Positions 8,675 to 17,095 of a stretch of DNA of 59,152 nucleotides are shown in pieces. The position numbers and the translations under genes were made by a program. Source of the stretch: Candidatus Shapirobacteria bacterium (GTDB taxonomy: Bacteria; Patescibacteriota; Microgenomatia; UBA12405); NCBI GenBank assembly GCA_041663285.1, contig JBAZSP010000002.1:1-59152 (forward strand), in the 5' to 3' direction. Below the pieces are notes generated by a model, which was given only the letters and a program-made list of their open reading frames with translations, had not been told where the DNA came from and did not search any database. Within the stretch, counting starts at the first letter, position 1. Every line of letters starts with the position of its first letter.

Positions 8675-9552
8675 ATGCCAAAGAAAACCACTAAAACCAA
8701 AGATGTGGAAGTCCAGAGTTCATCGAAGGACGAAATCAAGGATGTAGCCCTTAAAAAGTTGGACAAAGTGAAATCCGCCTCTGGCGGAGCTAAAAAAACT
8801 GTTAAAAAATCACCCAAGCCTACCGATGATATTTCTGTAGAGACGCCAGATCTGGCGTCTCCATCCAAAAATAATGCCAAGGATGAAGTGACAAGCAATC
8901 TGAATCCACTTCTGAAACCGCCACTCCGATCACCGAAGAAGAAAAGACAGTTAGATCCCCACGTACCCGTGGCAAAAAATACCAGGCTGCCAAAGCCAAG
9001 ACTGACCCGACTAAATACTATTCCCTAAAAGACGCCGTTAAATTGGTCAAAGAAACCTCAATTTCTAAATTTATGGGCAAAGTTGAAGCCCATCTTACTG
9101 TCTTCGATATCGGTAATGTCGGCGAAATCAGCTTCCCCCATCTTCAAACTGCCGCCAAAAAAATCGTCGTTTTAAACGATACCATTTTGGCCGAAATTAA
9201 AGAAGGTAAGCTTGACTTTGATATTTTGATTGCCACTCCGGTTACCATGCCCCGGCTTTTACCCTTTGCCCGTACTTTAGGCCCCAAAGGTCTGATGCCC
9301 AATCCCAAAAACGGCACTCTTACCGACAAGCCCGAAGAGGCAATCAAAAGGCTGTCCGCCGCCAGGCAAATGGTAACCACCGAAAAAAAGGCTCCTGTCA
9401 TCCACATCGTTGTTGGCCAGCTTTCCCAGCCCGAACCAGAACTAGAGGCCAATATCGCCGAATTAATCAAGGTTGTCAAGCCCACCAAGATCAAAAAGTT
9501 GGCCATCTGCGCCACCATGGGGCCCAGCATCAAGATTGAAATCTTAAAGTAA
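8675..9552 (+). CDS. rplA: 50S ribosomal protein L1, readable only with a frame change (see findings)
   Basis: The conserved L1 N-terminus RGKKYQAAKAKTDPTKYYSLKDAVKLVKETSISKF and the body (to 9552) are in frame 1. That frame has a TGA at 8884-8886 and no ATG/GTG/TTG before the TTG at 9043. An ATG-initiated Lys/Ser/Glu-rich ORF (from 8675) is in frame 2. Confidence 0.8.
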
Positions 9553-9600
9553 AGGCAAATATTCGCTGTCTTGGAGAAAACCGCTAACAATTTAACAAAT

Positions 9601-9819
9601 TCAATAGTTTGCTCCTCTCGTCAGTATTTCGCCGGTTAATCCACATCTATAAGCCGGTTGCCTTATACCCTTTTCTTCTGGTTCACCACCTCCCCGTTCG
9701 CCTGCCCACACCCTACGGGTCAACTCGGTCGGCACATTTTCCCTCACCGCTTGGTTACACAATTTCCCCAAGCAGGTACATCCATATGGTTTACCATAGT
9801 TGACACAACTTTCGCTCAC
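9601..9819 (-). other. GC-balanced island: either a 72-aa Cys-rich small protein (GTG start) or a structured RNA
   Basis: The ORF reads MSESCVNYGKPYGCTCLGKLC.... The same stretch has nested complementary stems on the minus strand: GTCAAC...GTTGAC enclosing TATGG-TAAA-CCATA and GCTTGG-13 nt-CCAAGC. Confidence 0.3.
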
Positions 9820-9927
9820 ACTTTAAATAATGTTTTTAATCCCGGCTTTATTATAAAACATCTTTTCTCCTCTTATAAATATTTTGACTTTAATGTTATA
9901 CTCAATCCGCCACTAAACTAAACGTCT

Positions 9928-11304
9928 ATGCCCATCGGTTCTATTCCTAACTTTTGCGGAATAGATCTAGGAACCACCAACTCTACCGTTGCCATTGTCC
10001 AGAATAATCAGCCACTTGCTTTACCCATCGACCCCGATAATTCTAATCCCCGGATTCTCAAATCCTTAGTTTATCTTAACCCCCAACACCGGATCGAAGT
10101 CGGCGAAAAAGCCATTAGCGCCTATCTTTGGGATTTAAATAACATCCCTTCCCTGCCTCCCAAAATCGTCAACACCGGTCGTCTGATCAAGACCTTCGGC
10201 CCGTCCACCGGCTCCGGTGCCGGTCCTCCGATTTGGGTCCCCGAAATAATCGAGGTCGACGATTCCGGCCGTGGTCGATTGCTTCAATCTCTAAAGTCCG
10301 TTTTAACTAGCGATACCTTTGCCGGTACTAATCTGTTTGGTAAATATTACTCGTTAGAAGATCTTTTAGCTCTCCTGCTTAACCAAATCAAAAACCGGGC
10401 CGAAAATTTACTAAATCACTCTCTTAATCACGTAGTTTTGGGCCGTCCCGTCCGATATGTTGGCAATATCGCTAAAGAAAAATTAGCCCTGGCCAGAATG
10501 AAAAATATCGCCCGAAAATCCGGCTTTCAGACTGTCAAATTTGAATATGAACCAGTCGGAGCCGCTCTGGCTTACGGGCTAAACTTGTTGGAATCCCAAA
10601 AAGTCATTGTTTTCGATTTTGGCGGGGGTACTTTAGATATCTGCATTGTCGAGTTCCCTTCCAAAAAAATCCTCTCCGTCTCCGGCCGGGCCATCGGCGG
10701 CGACCTGGTCAATTCCCGTCTGGTCCGGGGTAAGTTACTGAAACACTTCGGCCAGGATGTCATTATTTCCGCCAAAACCAATCTCCCCCGTTACCTTGTT
10801 GATTCAATCTCTCAAAATTGGTACCAGGTCAGCCTGCTCAAAACAGTCAAGAACATTCAGGCCATGGACTATTTCATTACCAACGCCGACCATCCGGCGC
10901 CGGTCATTAATCTCAGAGACTTTATTATTAATGACTTGGGTTTTAATTTTTTTAATACAGTCGACCTGGCCAAAATTGATTTGTCCGACCATCTCCAAAC
11001 CCTTTTTCAATTTACCCTCCCCCAAACCCAAATAAACCAGCCACTAGCCCGGATTGACCTCGAAAATCTGGTTCGGGATTTGGTCTGCGAATCAGAAGAA
11101 TGCTTAAAAGAGGCTCTCACCCAAGCCTCACTTACCCCCACCCAAATTGACAAAGTGATCTTAACCGGCGGCTCCTCCAAAATTCCGATTTTTTTATCCC
11201 AGATTACCCAAAAATTCGGCCACGAAAAAATTGTCCACTCCGATCCTTTTACTACTGTCGCCCTCGGCCTGGCCCTCCGCGCCCAGGAAGTCTTTGGATC
11301 ATAA
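9928..11304 (+). CDS. Hsp70-family ATPase, nucleotide-binding domain only (YegD-like)
   Basis: GIDLGTTNSTVAI phosphate-1 motif and VIVFDFGGGTLDI phosphate-2 motif. At 458 aa it lacks a substrate-binding domain. Confidence 0.75.
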   Translation: MPIGSIPNFCGIDLGTTNSTVAIVQNNQPLALPIDPDNSNPRILKSLVYLNPQHRIEVGEKAISAYLWDLNNIPSLPPKIVNTGRLIKTFGPSTGSGAGPPIWVPEIIEVDDSGRGRLLQSLKSVLTSDTFAGTNLFGKYYSLEDLLALLLNQIKNRAENLLNHSLNHVVLGRPVRYVGNIAKEKLALARMKNIARKSGFQTVKFEYEPVGAALAYGLNLLESQKVIVFDFGGGTLDICIVEFPSKKILSVSGRAIGGDLVNSRLVRGKLLKHFGQDVIISAKTNLPRYLVDSISQNWYQVSLLKTVKNIQAMDYFITNADHPAPVINLRDFIINDLGFNFFNTVDLAKIDLSDHLQTLFQFTLPQTQINQPLARIDLENLVRDLVCESEECLKEALTQASLTPTQIDKVILTGGSSKIPIFLSQITQKFGHEKIVHSDPFTTVALGLALRAQEVFGS

Positions 11305-11389
11305 TAGGCCGACATGTTTGTTCCACCCAACTTTCAATCCCCGTATTCTGACTTCGGAACTTTTTCCCCGTTTTTTGTAAAATAATGCC

Positions 11390-12142
11390 ATGGACATTGT
11401 AATTAACAATAATTTGGTCCATTTTGATGTTATCAATCCCCAGGCTCAAAAAACCTGTCTTATTCTTCACGGCTGGAATCACCATAGCCAGCTTTGGCAA
11501 GATGTCGCCCAAAATCTTCCCCCATCCTATCGCTACCTACTTCTTGATCTACCCGGCTTTGGCAATAGTCCTCTTCTTCCCGAAACGGCCGGAATACCCG
11601 AATACGCCGATTTTATCCTCAACTTTATCAAAAAAAATAACTTAAAAAATCCCATCGTTATTGGCCATTCTTTTGGCGGCCAAATCGCGGCCTATTTGGC
11701 CATTAAAAACCCTCACCTGTTTTCCGGTCTGATTTTAATCTCCCCATCAATCAACCGTTTCAAATCCACCAAACAAAAGCTAAAAATTTTCATCTATCAC
11801 CGTTTTAACTTCCTCAAAAAAATCCTCCCATCCAAATTACTCCGTCTCGTTCTTTCCCAAATTACCTCTACCGACTATTACAATAGTTCCCCGGCTCATC
11901 AAAACATCCTCAAAAAAATCGTCAACCACGACCTGACCAAACAGCTTGGCCAAATCCAAACCCCCACTTTTATAATCTGGGGTGAAAACGACACCGAAAT
12001 CCCCTATAGTGGCCAAGTAATCGCCAATCAGATTAAAAACAGCAGGCTCTATCTTCTTCATAACGCCAACCATAATCCCCACCTTGATCCCCAATCCCAG
12101 TTGGTGCCAACCCTCAAACACATCTTTAATCAGATTTTATGA
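11390..12142 (+). CDS. Alpha/beta hydrolase
   Basis: LILHGW start and GHSFGG nucleophile elbow, 250 aa. TAAAAT at 11378-11383 ends 6 nt before the ATG. Confidence 0.75.
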   Translation: MDIVINNNLVHFDVINPQAQKTCLILHGWNHHSQLWQDVAQNLPPSYRYLLLDLPGFGNSPLLPETAGIPEYADFILNFIKKNNLKNPIVIGHSFGGQIAAYLAIKNPHLFSGLILISPSINRFKSTKQKLKIFIYHRFNFLKKILPSKLLRLVLSQITSTDYYNSSPAHQNILKKIVNHDLTKQLGQIQTPTFIIWGENDTEIPYSGQVIANQIKNSRLYLLHNANHNPHLDPQSQLVPTLKHIFNQIL

Positions 12143-13533
12143 ACAACTTACCCCTTTTTACCTATCTTCAAATTCTCCAGCTTGAATATTATCAACCCCA
12201 AAGATTGATCTCCTGGTACCTATCCCACCCCTTCACCTTCTCCTTGGCTCAAATTGTTCCTCTTAAATACACCCAAAAGGTCAAATTCCTTATAGCCCTT
12301 ACCCTGATTCAGTACTTTTTCCTTTCTTTCCTATTTTTTAAATCAGTTCTACCCCTGTCTTTGTTCTTTCTTGGGACATTCTTGCTCCTCTTCACCCCTC
12401 TTACCCTGGTCTTTTCCGTCTTGACCTTCAATTTAATTGAGCTGTTACCCAAAAAACTTTTATCTCTTCAGGCCCGTCGCCGGTTGCTATCAATAAATCC
12501 CTATACCATTGCCATTACCGGCTCTTTTGGCAAAACCACCACCAAGGATTTTCTTTTCCAGATTCTTGATTCCTACCGTTCTACTTTTAAAACAACTCAT
12601 AGTTACAACACTCCTCTGGGCATAGCCAACTCCCTTCTTAAGGGTTTAACAAAATTTACCCGGTTTGCTGTTCTTGAGTTTGGAGCCCACTATCCCGGCG
12701 ATATCAGTGAACTTGCTTCTTTTTTTCCTCCTCAATCAGCCATTATCACCGGTATCGGCCCTCAACACCTGGAACGCTTTGGAACTATTGACAAAATTAT
12801 CACCACCAAATTTGAAATCGCCAAACACCTCAAACCAGAACAGTTACTTTTAAATATCGATAACGAATATATCAAAAGCTATCTCGATCATCATCCTAAC
12901 CTGAAATCAGCCTACACCTACTCTCTCTCCTCTTCTCAAGCGTCTTTTTATCTCAGTCAATCTAAATTTGACCAGCACGGGTGCTCCTTTATTTTAAATT
13001 ATCAGCAGCAATCCATCCCCTTTATCTCCCCTGTCTTTGGCACTGGCAATTTATCTAACCTTGTCGCCGCCATCGCCCAATCAATCCTCTTGGAAATCCC
13101 CCTAAAACAAATCCAAAAAGTGGTCTCCACCGTTACCCCAGCTCCCCACCGTTTAGAACTGGTCAAAATTAACCTTGCCGCCGTTATCGACAATACTTAC
13201 TCTAGTAACTTCGACGGTTTCAACCAAATCATTTCCGATCTTACCAAAGTTAAAGGTACTAAAGCTCTGGTTACTCCCGGATTAGTCGAACTGGGCTCAA
13301 AATCTGACTCTTTTCACCAGTCATTAGGTAAATCTGCCGCTACTGTTTTTGACCAAATAATTTTGGTTGGTCAAAATCAGCGTACCCAAAATTTCGCCCG
13401 AGGGGCCAAATTTGCTCAATCTAAAACCAAAATTCAATTCATAAATCGTCCCGATTATTGGACTGTTGTCCGCCAGCTTAGCTTAAAATACGACTGGGTT
13501 CTTCTCGAAAACGATCTTCCCCAAAACTACTAG
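12139..13533 (+). CDS. murF: Mur ligase family protein, probably MurF, with a hydrophobic N-terminal region
   Basis: ITGSFGKTTTKDF P-loop, GPQHLERFG, APHRLE...IDNTYSSN, and VTPGLVELG match the MurF pattern. Residues ~50-105 look like two TM helices. ATGA overlap with the upstream gene. Confidence 0.7.
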   Translation: MNNLPLFTYLQILQLEYYQPQRLISWYLSHPFTFSLAQIVPLKYTQKVKFLIALTLIQYFFLSFLFFKSVLPLSLFFLGTFLLLFTPLTLVFSVLTFNLIELLPKKLLSLQARRRLLSINPYTIAITGSFGKTTTKDFLFQILDSYRSTFKTTHSYNTPLGIANSLLKGLTKFTRFAVLEFGAHYPGDISELASFFPPQSAIITGIGPQHLERFGTIDKIITTKFEIAKHLKPEQLLLNIDNEYIKSYLDHHPNLKSAYTYSLSSSQASFYLSQSKFDQHGCSFILNYQQQSIPFISPVFGTGNLSNLVAAIAQSILLEIPLKQIQKVVSTVTPAPHRLELVKINLAAVIDNTYSSNFDGFNQIISDLTKVKGTKALVTPGLVELGSKSDSFHQSLGKSAATVFDQIILVGQNQRTQNFARGAKFAQSKTKIQFINRPDYWTVVRQLSLKYDWVLLENDLPQNY

Positions 13534-13552
13534 CCTTTCGTATCAGCTCCAA

Positions 13553-14719
13553 TCACAACTTACTTCCTTTACTCCCCGCATACCCGGCCAAAATATTGCT
13601 CTCAAATGTAGTTATTAATTTTTGCCTATCTTGCCAATCTTCAACTGCCAAATTTACTAATGTATCAACCAGATTTGTAATGCCGACACCCTTTTTCTCC
13701 CACAAATAAAACGCAATCGACCCCGGCATCGGATTAATTTCGTTAAAAAATACCTCGCCTTTCTTGTTTACCATAAAATCCACCCTGGCAATTCCCTTAC
13801 CACCAATTGCCGCAAAAAATTGCCTCGCTGCCTTTTCGATTTCCTTGATTGTTTTGTCAGGAACACCAGCCGGCATCACCCTCTGAGCCGAAGCCATCCC
13901 TTGAGTCTGACTGTTTTTGCTACCTCGGATGTACTTATCCTCAAACGATAAAACCTGGCTACTCGCTACCGGCTGTTCGGTAACCGATACCTCGTAAGGA
14001 TTATTCCCCATAATCGAAATATTGACTTCAGTCGGTGTACTAATTTCTTCTTCCACCACCACCCGTTCATCGTACATCAGCGCCACCTCCAAAAGCCTTT
14101 CTGTCTCATCTTGGCTAGTGGCCCTCCCCACCGCTATGCTCGATCCTAATCCTGAAGGTTTAACAAAAACAACATCCCCCAACTTTCTGATCTCGCTCAA
14201 AATCTCCTTTTTTTTCGTTTCCCACTCCCTTTTGATAACCAACACCTCCTTGGCCACCCGCAAACCGATGCTTTTTGCCACCATCTTCGATACAGATTTA
14301 TCCATTGCGACCGCCGAGGCTAATAGTTGGCATCCCACATAAGGTAAATTTACCAAATTTAGCCACCCCTGAATCGCTCCGTCTTCTCCGTTTTTACCAT
14401 GAAACACAGGGAAAACAGCATCTATCTTTCTATCGGTTTCTTGCCACCAGGCCATTTTTTTGACCAACATCTTCCCTCCTCTACCCGTTCCAGGCTCCAC
14501 CACCTTACCATCAGCTACTACTCCATGCAAATTTTTATAAAATTCCGGCAACAAAAAGCTCTCATTCCCCAAAATCCATTCACCGTTTTTGCCGATATAG
14601 ACCGGCACCACCTCATGTCCGGCTTCTTTCAGGGCACTCATCACCTGCAGCGCTGTTACTATTGCCACCTCGTGCTCCGTGCTCACCCCTCCGTACAAAA
14701 CCATTACTGTTTTCTTCAT
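13553..14719 (-). CDS. ddl: D-alanine--D-alanine ligase
   Basis: MKKTVMVLYGGVSTEHEVA start and ATP-grasp motifs (VFVKPSGLGSSIAV, EVNPMPG-like FNEINPMPGS). Confidence 0.85.
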   Translation of the reverse strand: MKKTVMVLYGGVSTEHEVAIVTALQVMSALKEAGHEVVPVYIGKNGEWILGNESFLLPEFYKNLHGVVADGKVVEPGTGRGGKMLVKKMAWWQETDRKIDAVFPVFHGKNGEDGAIQGWLNLVNLPYVGCQLLASAVAMDKSVSKMVAKSIGLRVAKEVLVIKREWETKKKEILSEIRKLGDVVFVKPSGLGSSIAVGRATSQDETERLLEVALMYDERVVVEEEISTPTEVNISIMGNNPYEVSVTEQPVASSQVLSFEDKYIRGSKNSQTQGMASAQRVMPAGVPDKTIKEIEKAARQFFAAIGGKGIARVDFMVNKKGEVFFNEINPMPGSIAFYLWEKKGVGITNLVDTLVNLAVEDWQDRQKLITTFESNILAGYAGSKGSKL

Positions 14720-14831
14720 AATTACCTATTATATTAAAAAACTACGATTAATTAATAACCAACTACCTCCCCAACTCTCTTCTCGTTCCTTCTGCACTCA
14801 CTCTCAAATCAAAAAATATAACCAATAATAG

Positions 14832-14840
14832 TGATATAAT
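14832..14840 (+). promoter_or_regulatory. Extended -10 (TGaTATAAT) ending 6 nt before ATG 14847
   Basis: Read directly. Confidence 0.45.
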
Positions 14841-14846
14841 ATACCC

Positions 14847-15062
14847 ATGCCACGAAGACCAGATATCTTACATACAGGTTTAGCCGCTTACATGAACGGG
14901 CTAAGGGCCTCAGAACAAGCAGACCTCCTGGATGTTGTTATAGAAGTAGACCCCAAAGGAAAAGCTACTGTAACGGCCAAAGGCAAAGACAAAAATACAC
15001 CAGTAAAGGAAAAACTCACAAAAAGGGTTGCTCTCGGTCTTGTGAAGATTCGAAGGCCTTAA
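14847..15062 (+). CDS. Hypothetical 71-aa Lys-rich protein
   Basis: An ORF with a consensus -10 in leaderless position. No family recognised. Confidence 0.45.
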   Translation: MPRRPDILHTGLAAYMNGLRASEQADLLDVVIEVDPKGKATVTAKGKDKNTPVKEKLTKRVALGLVKIRRP

Positions 15063-15784
15063 AGATTCTTTCGCCTCGGGCTGAGTATCAAATCCCTCCT
15101 CATTCCCTCCGCTGCTCCATCCAGCCAATTTAAATAATCATTTCTAACTATCTTTCTGATTTCCGAAACCAAACCGATAGCTTTTAATAATCTGCCTCTT
15201 TCCATTGCCGGCCACCAGCCAAAACCTGTTACCCAGTTTGCCAGCTTATAGCTTCCTCGTCTAAAAACCGTTCTTATCTTCCTGATCTCTGTGTCCACCT
15301 CCTGCGTCGAATCACCGCTAAACTCGGCTATTATAGCCGCCGCCTCACTCACTCCTGATTCCTGCCACATTTTTTTATATACCTGCCACAGCTTAGGGTT
15401 ATCCTCCGTTAGATTTAAATCAATTGCAATCTCCACCAACGTATGCCCAAAAATAATACTATTTTTGCGCCAACCAAACCTCTTTTCAATCTCCGGCTTA
15501 AGTTCCTTAGACAATTTTATGGCAAACCCCGCTTTGCCGTCACTATAGGAATCCGCTCCCCCACTCCTTTGGCAATGTGACATTACCCCCAAGCCCAAAT
15601 TTTTCCACTCCGGGTAATTTTTAACTACCCAATCCAAAAAATCTCTTGGCCTCAGTGCCATCTTTTTGGCCACCCGGCCAAAAGACACTTCAACTACATC
15701 CGGAATTACCGCCCCCAAAAGTAATTTTGGCTCTTCGCTTCTTGCCATCCTCGAAGTCACATATACGTGGGACAAAGGGAACAT
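15059..15784 (-). CDS. Hypothetical protein (241 aa)
   Basis: Long ORF co-directional with the two NDT-like genes. No family recognised. Confidence 0.6.
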   Translation of the reverse strand: MFPLSHVYVTSRMARSEEPKLLLGAVIPDVVEVSFGRVAKKMALRPRDFLDWVVKNYPEWKNLGLGVMSHCQRSGGADSYSDGKAGFAIKLSKELKPEIEKRFGWRKNSIIFGHTLVEIAIDLNLTEDNPKLWQVYKKMWQESGVSEAAAIIAEFSGDSTQEVDTEIRKIRTVFRRGSYKLANWVTGFGWWPAMERGRLLKAIGLVSEIRKIVRNDYLNWLDGAAEGMRRDLILSPRRKNL

Positions 15785-15804
15785 TACAAGATTTTACCAA
15801 AAAA

Positions 15805-16395
15805 TCACTTCTTAAACTCCCTCTCCTTCCTCATTTGTTTCTCTATCAGGTTTCGCAAAAACACCGACCTTGGCTGCATCCGGTTTTTGGCCACCCAATC
15901 GAGGTAAGCCAAAATTTTTGGGTTAACGAAAAAGTTAAATCGGACATCAACCAGGTCCTGGGCACTTTCCAGCGCCTGATCCAACACCTCCAAAACATTA
16001 TTTTCGTCATACTTAAACGACCTCAACTTCGGATGCTCCAGCCCATCCATCCAGTGCAAATCTGAATTCTCCATTTGTAAATAAATCACCGGTTTAGAAA
16101 TCTCCAAAGCCTTGGCCGTCAAATAACCCATCGACATACTATGCCCCGATATTTCCATAATTATTACATCTGCCTTTCTCACCATATCTAAAGCAGCATC
16201 GACCTTTTTGACCATTTCTTCATGTGATACCGTCAAAACATCACTGGCTTTTTTAAATCCCCCCTTGGGGTCAGTCCACCTCAACAACCCGTCACTTAAC
16301 ATTTTATTATCTTTAGCCAGATGGTGGTGAATTTTCCGAAACATTTCCGGTTTCTCAAACACAACCCTCGGCGACGCCACAAAGTATATTTTCAT
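15805..16395 (-). CDS. DNPH1/nucleoside 2-deoxyribosyltransferase-like domain fused to a C-terminal ribbon-helix-helix-like domain (paralog 1)
   Basis: The likely start is MKIYFVAS (ATG 16395; the track ORF extends to 16452). It has ADVIIMEISGHSMSMGY (Glu in the NDT/DNPH1 position) and a C-terminal VRFNFFVNPKILAYLDWVAKNRMQPRSVFLRNLIEKQM, which fits a strand-helix-helix pattern. Confidence 0.6.
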   Translation of the reverse strand: MKIYFVASPRVVFEKPEMFRKIHHHLAKDNKMLSDGLLRWTDPKGGFKKASDVLTVSHEEMVKKVDAALDMVRKADVIIMEISGHSMSMGYLTAKALEISKPVIYLQMENSDLHWMDGLEHPKLRSFKYDENNVLEVLDQALESAQDLVDVRFNFFVNPKILAYLDWVAKNRMQPRSVFLRNLIEKQMRKEREFKK

Positions 16396-16481
16396 TCTCT
16401 TAATATTGTTTAATCCGAAATAGTATACACCATAATTATTAGAATGCCTCAAGAAAACCCTTTCCTCCGATTTCCGTTGCT

Positions 16482-17054
16482 CTAAACAATATAGGTCTTA
16501 TCCTTTCGCATCTCTTTCTCAATTAATTGCCTCAAAAATACCGACCGCGGCGTCCTCTTTTTCTCTGCCACCCAATCTAAATAGCCCAGAATCCTGGGAC
16601 TAACAAAAAAATTAAACCTCACATCCATATTTTTCTTCGCTTCCTCAACGGCTTTTGGCAACACTTCCGCTAGATTTTCCAATGTATATTCCACCATCAT
16701 CAATTTCTTATCATCACTAGCCTCCAATAATAAGGACTTACGGCCTGGCATACAAAGTACTAACACCGATTTCCCCAGTTCCAAAGCAAAAGAAATCTCG
16801 TGCCCTACCGAGACACTCGGGTAAGATATCTCCGCTACTACAAGATCACTACCAATCACCCAGTCGTGCATTTTCCGATAAAACTTCTTTCCTTCTTCCT
16901 TAGTTTGCGACACCGCGACTTGAATTGCATTATCAGCAATAATATGCTCGGCAAAAACTTTGTAGCCTAATTTTCTTAATTCCGATACAATTCCCCGGTA
17001 ATTACCATCAAGAGTTTGTCTCCCGGTCAAGGAAGCAGTAAAATATATCTTCAC
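16482..17054 (-). CDS. DNPH1/nucleoside 2-deoxyribosyltransferase-like domain fused to a C-terminal ribbon-helix-helix-like domain (paralog 2)
   Basis: MKIYFTASLTGR...SDLVVAEISYPSVSVGHEISFALELGKSVLVL parallels the DNPH1 pattern YFxGSIRGG...DVVVAEVTxPSLGVGYELG. The C-terminal VRFNFFVSPRILGYLDWVAEKKRTPRSVFLRQLIEKEM is nearly identical to paralog 1. Confidence 0.65.
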   Translation of the reverse strand: MKIYFTASLTGRQTLDGNYRGIVSELRKLGYKVFAEHIIADNAIQVAVSQTKEEGKKFYRKMHDWVIGSDLVVAEISYPSVSVGHEISFALELGKSVLVLCMPGRKSLLLEASDDKKLMMVEYTLENLAEVLPKAVEEAKKNMDVRFNFFVSPRILGYLDWVAEKKRTPRSVFLRQLIEKEMRKDKTYIV

Positions 17055-17095
17055 GCCTTCGATTATAAGACATCCTGCTATAATTACAAGAATTT

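Noticed and set aside
9601-9819. RNase P RNA, tmRNA, SRP RNA, 6S RNA or a cobalamin riboswitch as the identity of the GC-balanced island (the same was asked of 8359-8674).
   Set aside because: The universal motifs are absent: GAGGAAAGUCC for RNase P, the tRNA-like GGUUCGAAUCC...CCA end for tmRNA, the GGAA/AGCA SRP domain IV motif, and the B12 box. The length is also wrong for RNase P. The regions are left as unassigned candidates.
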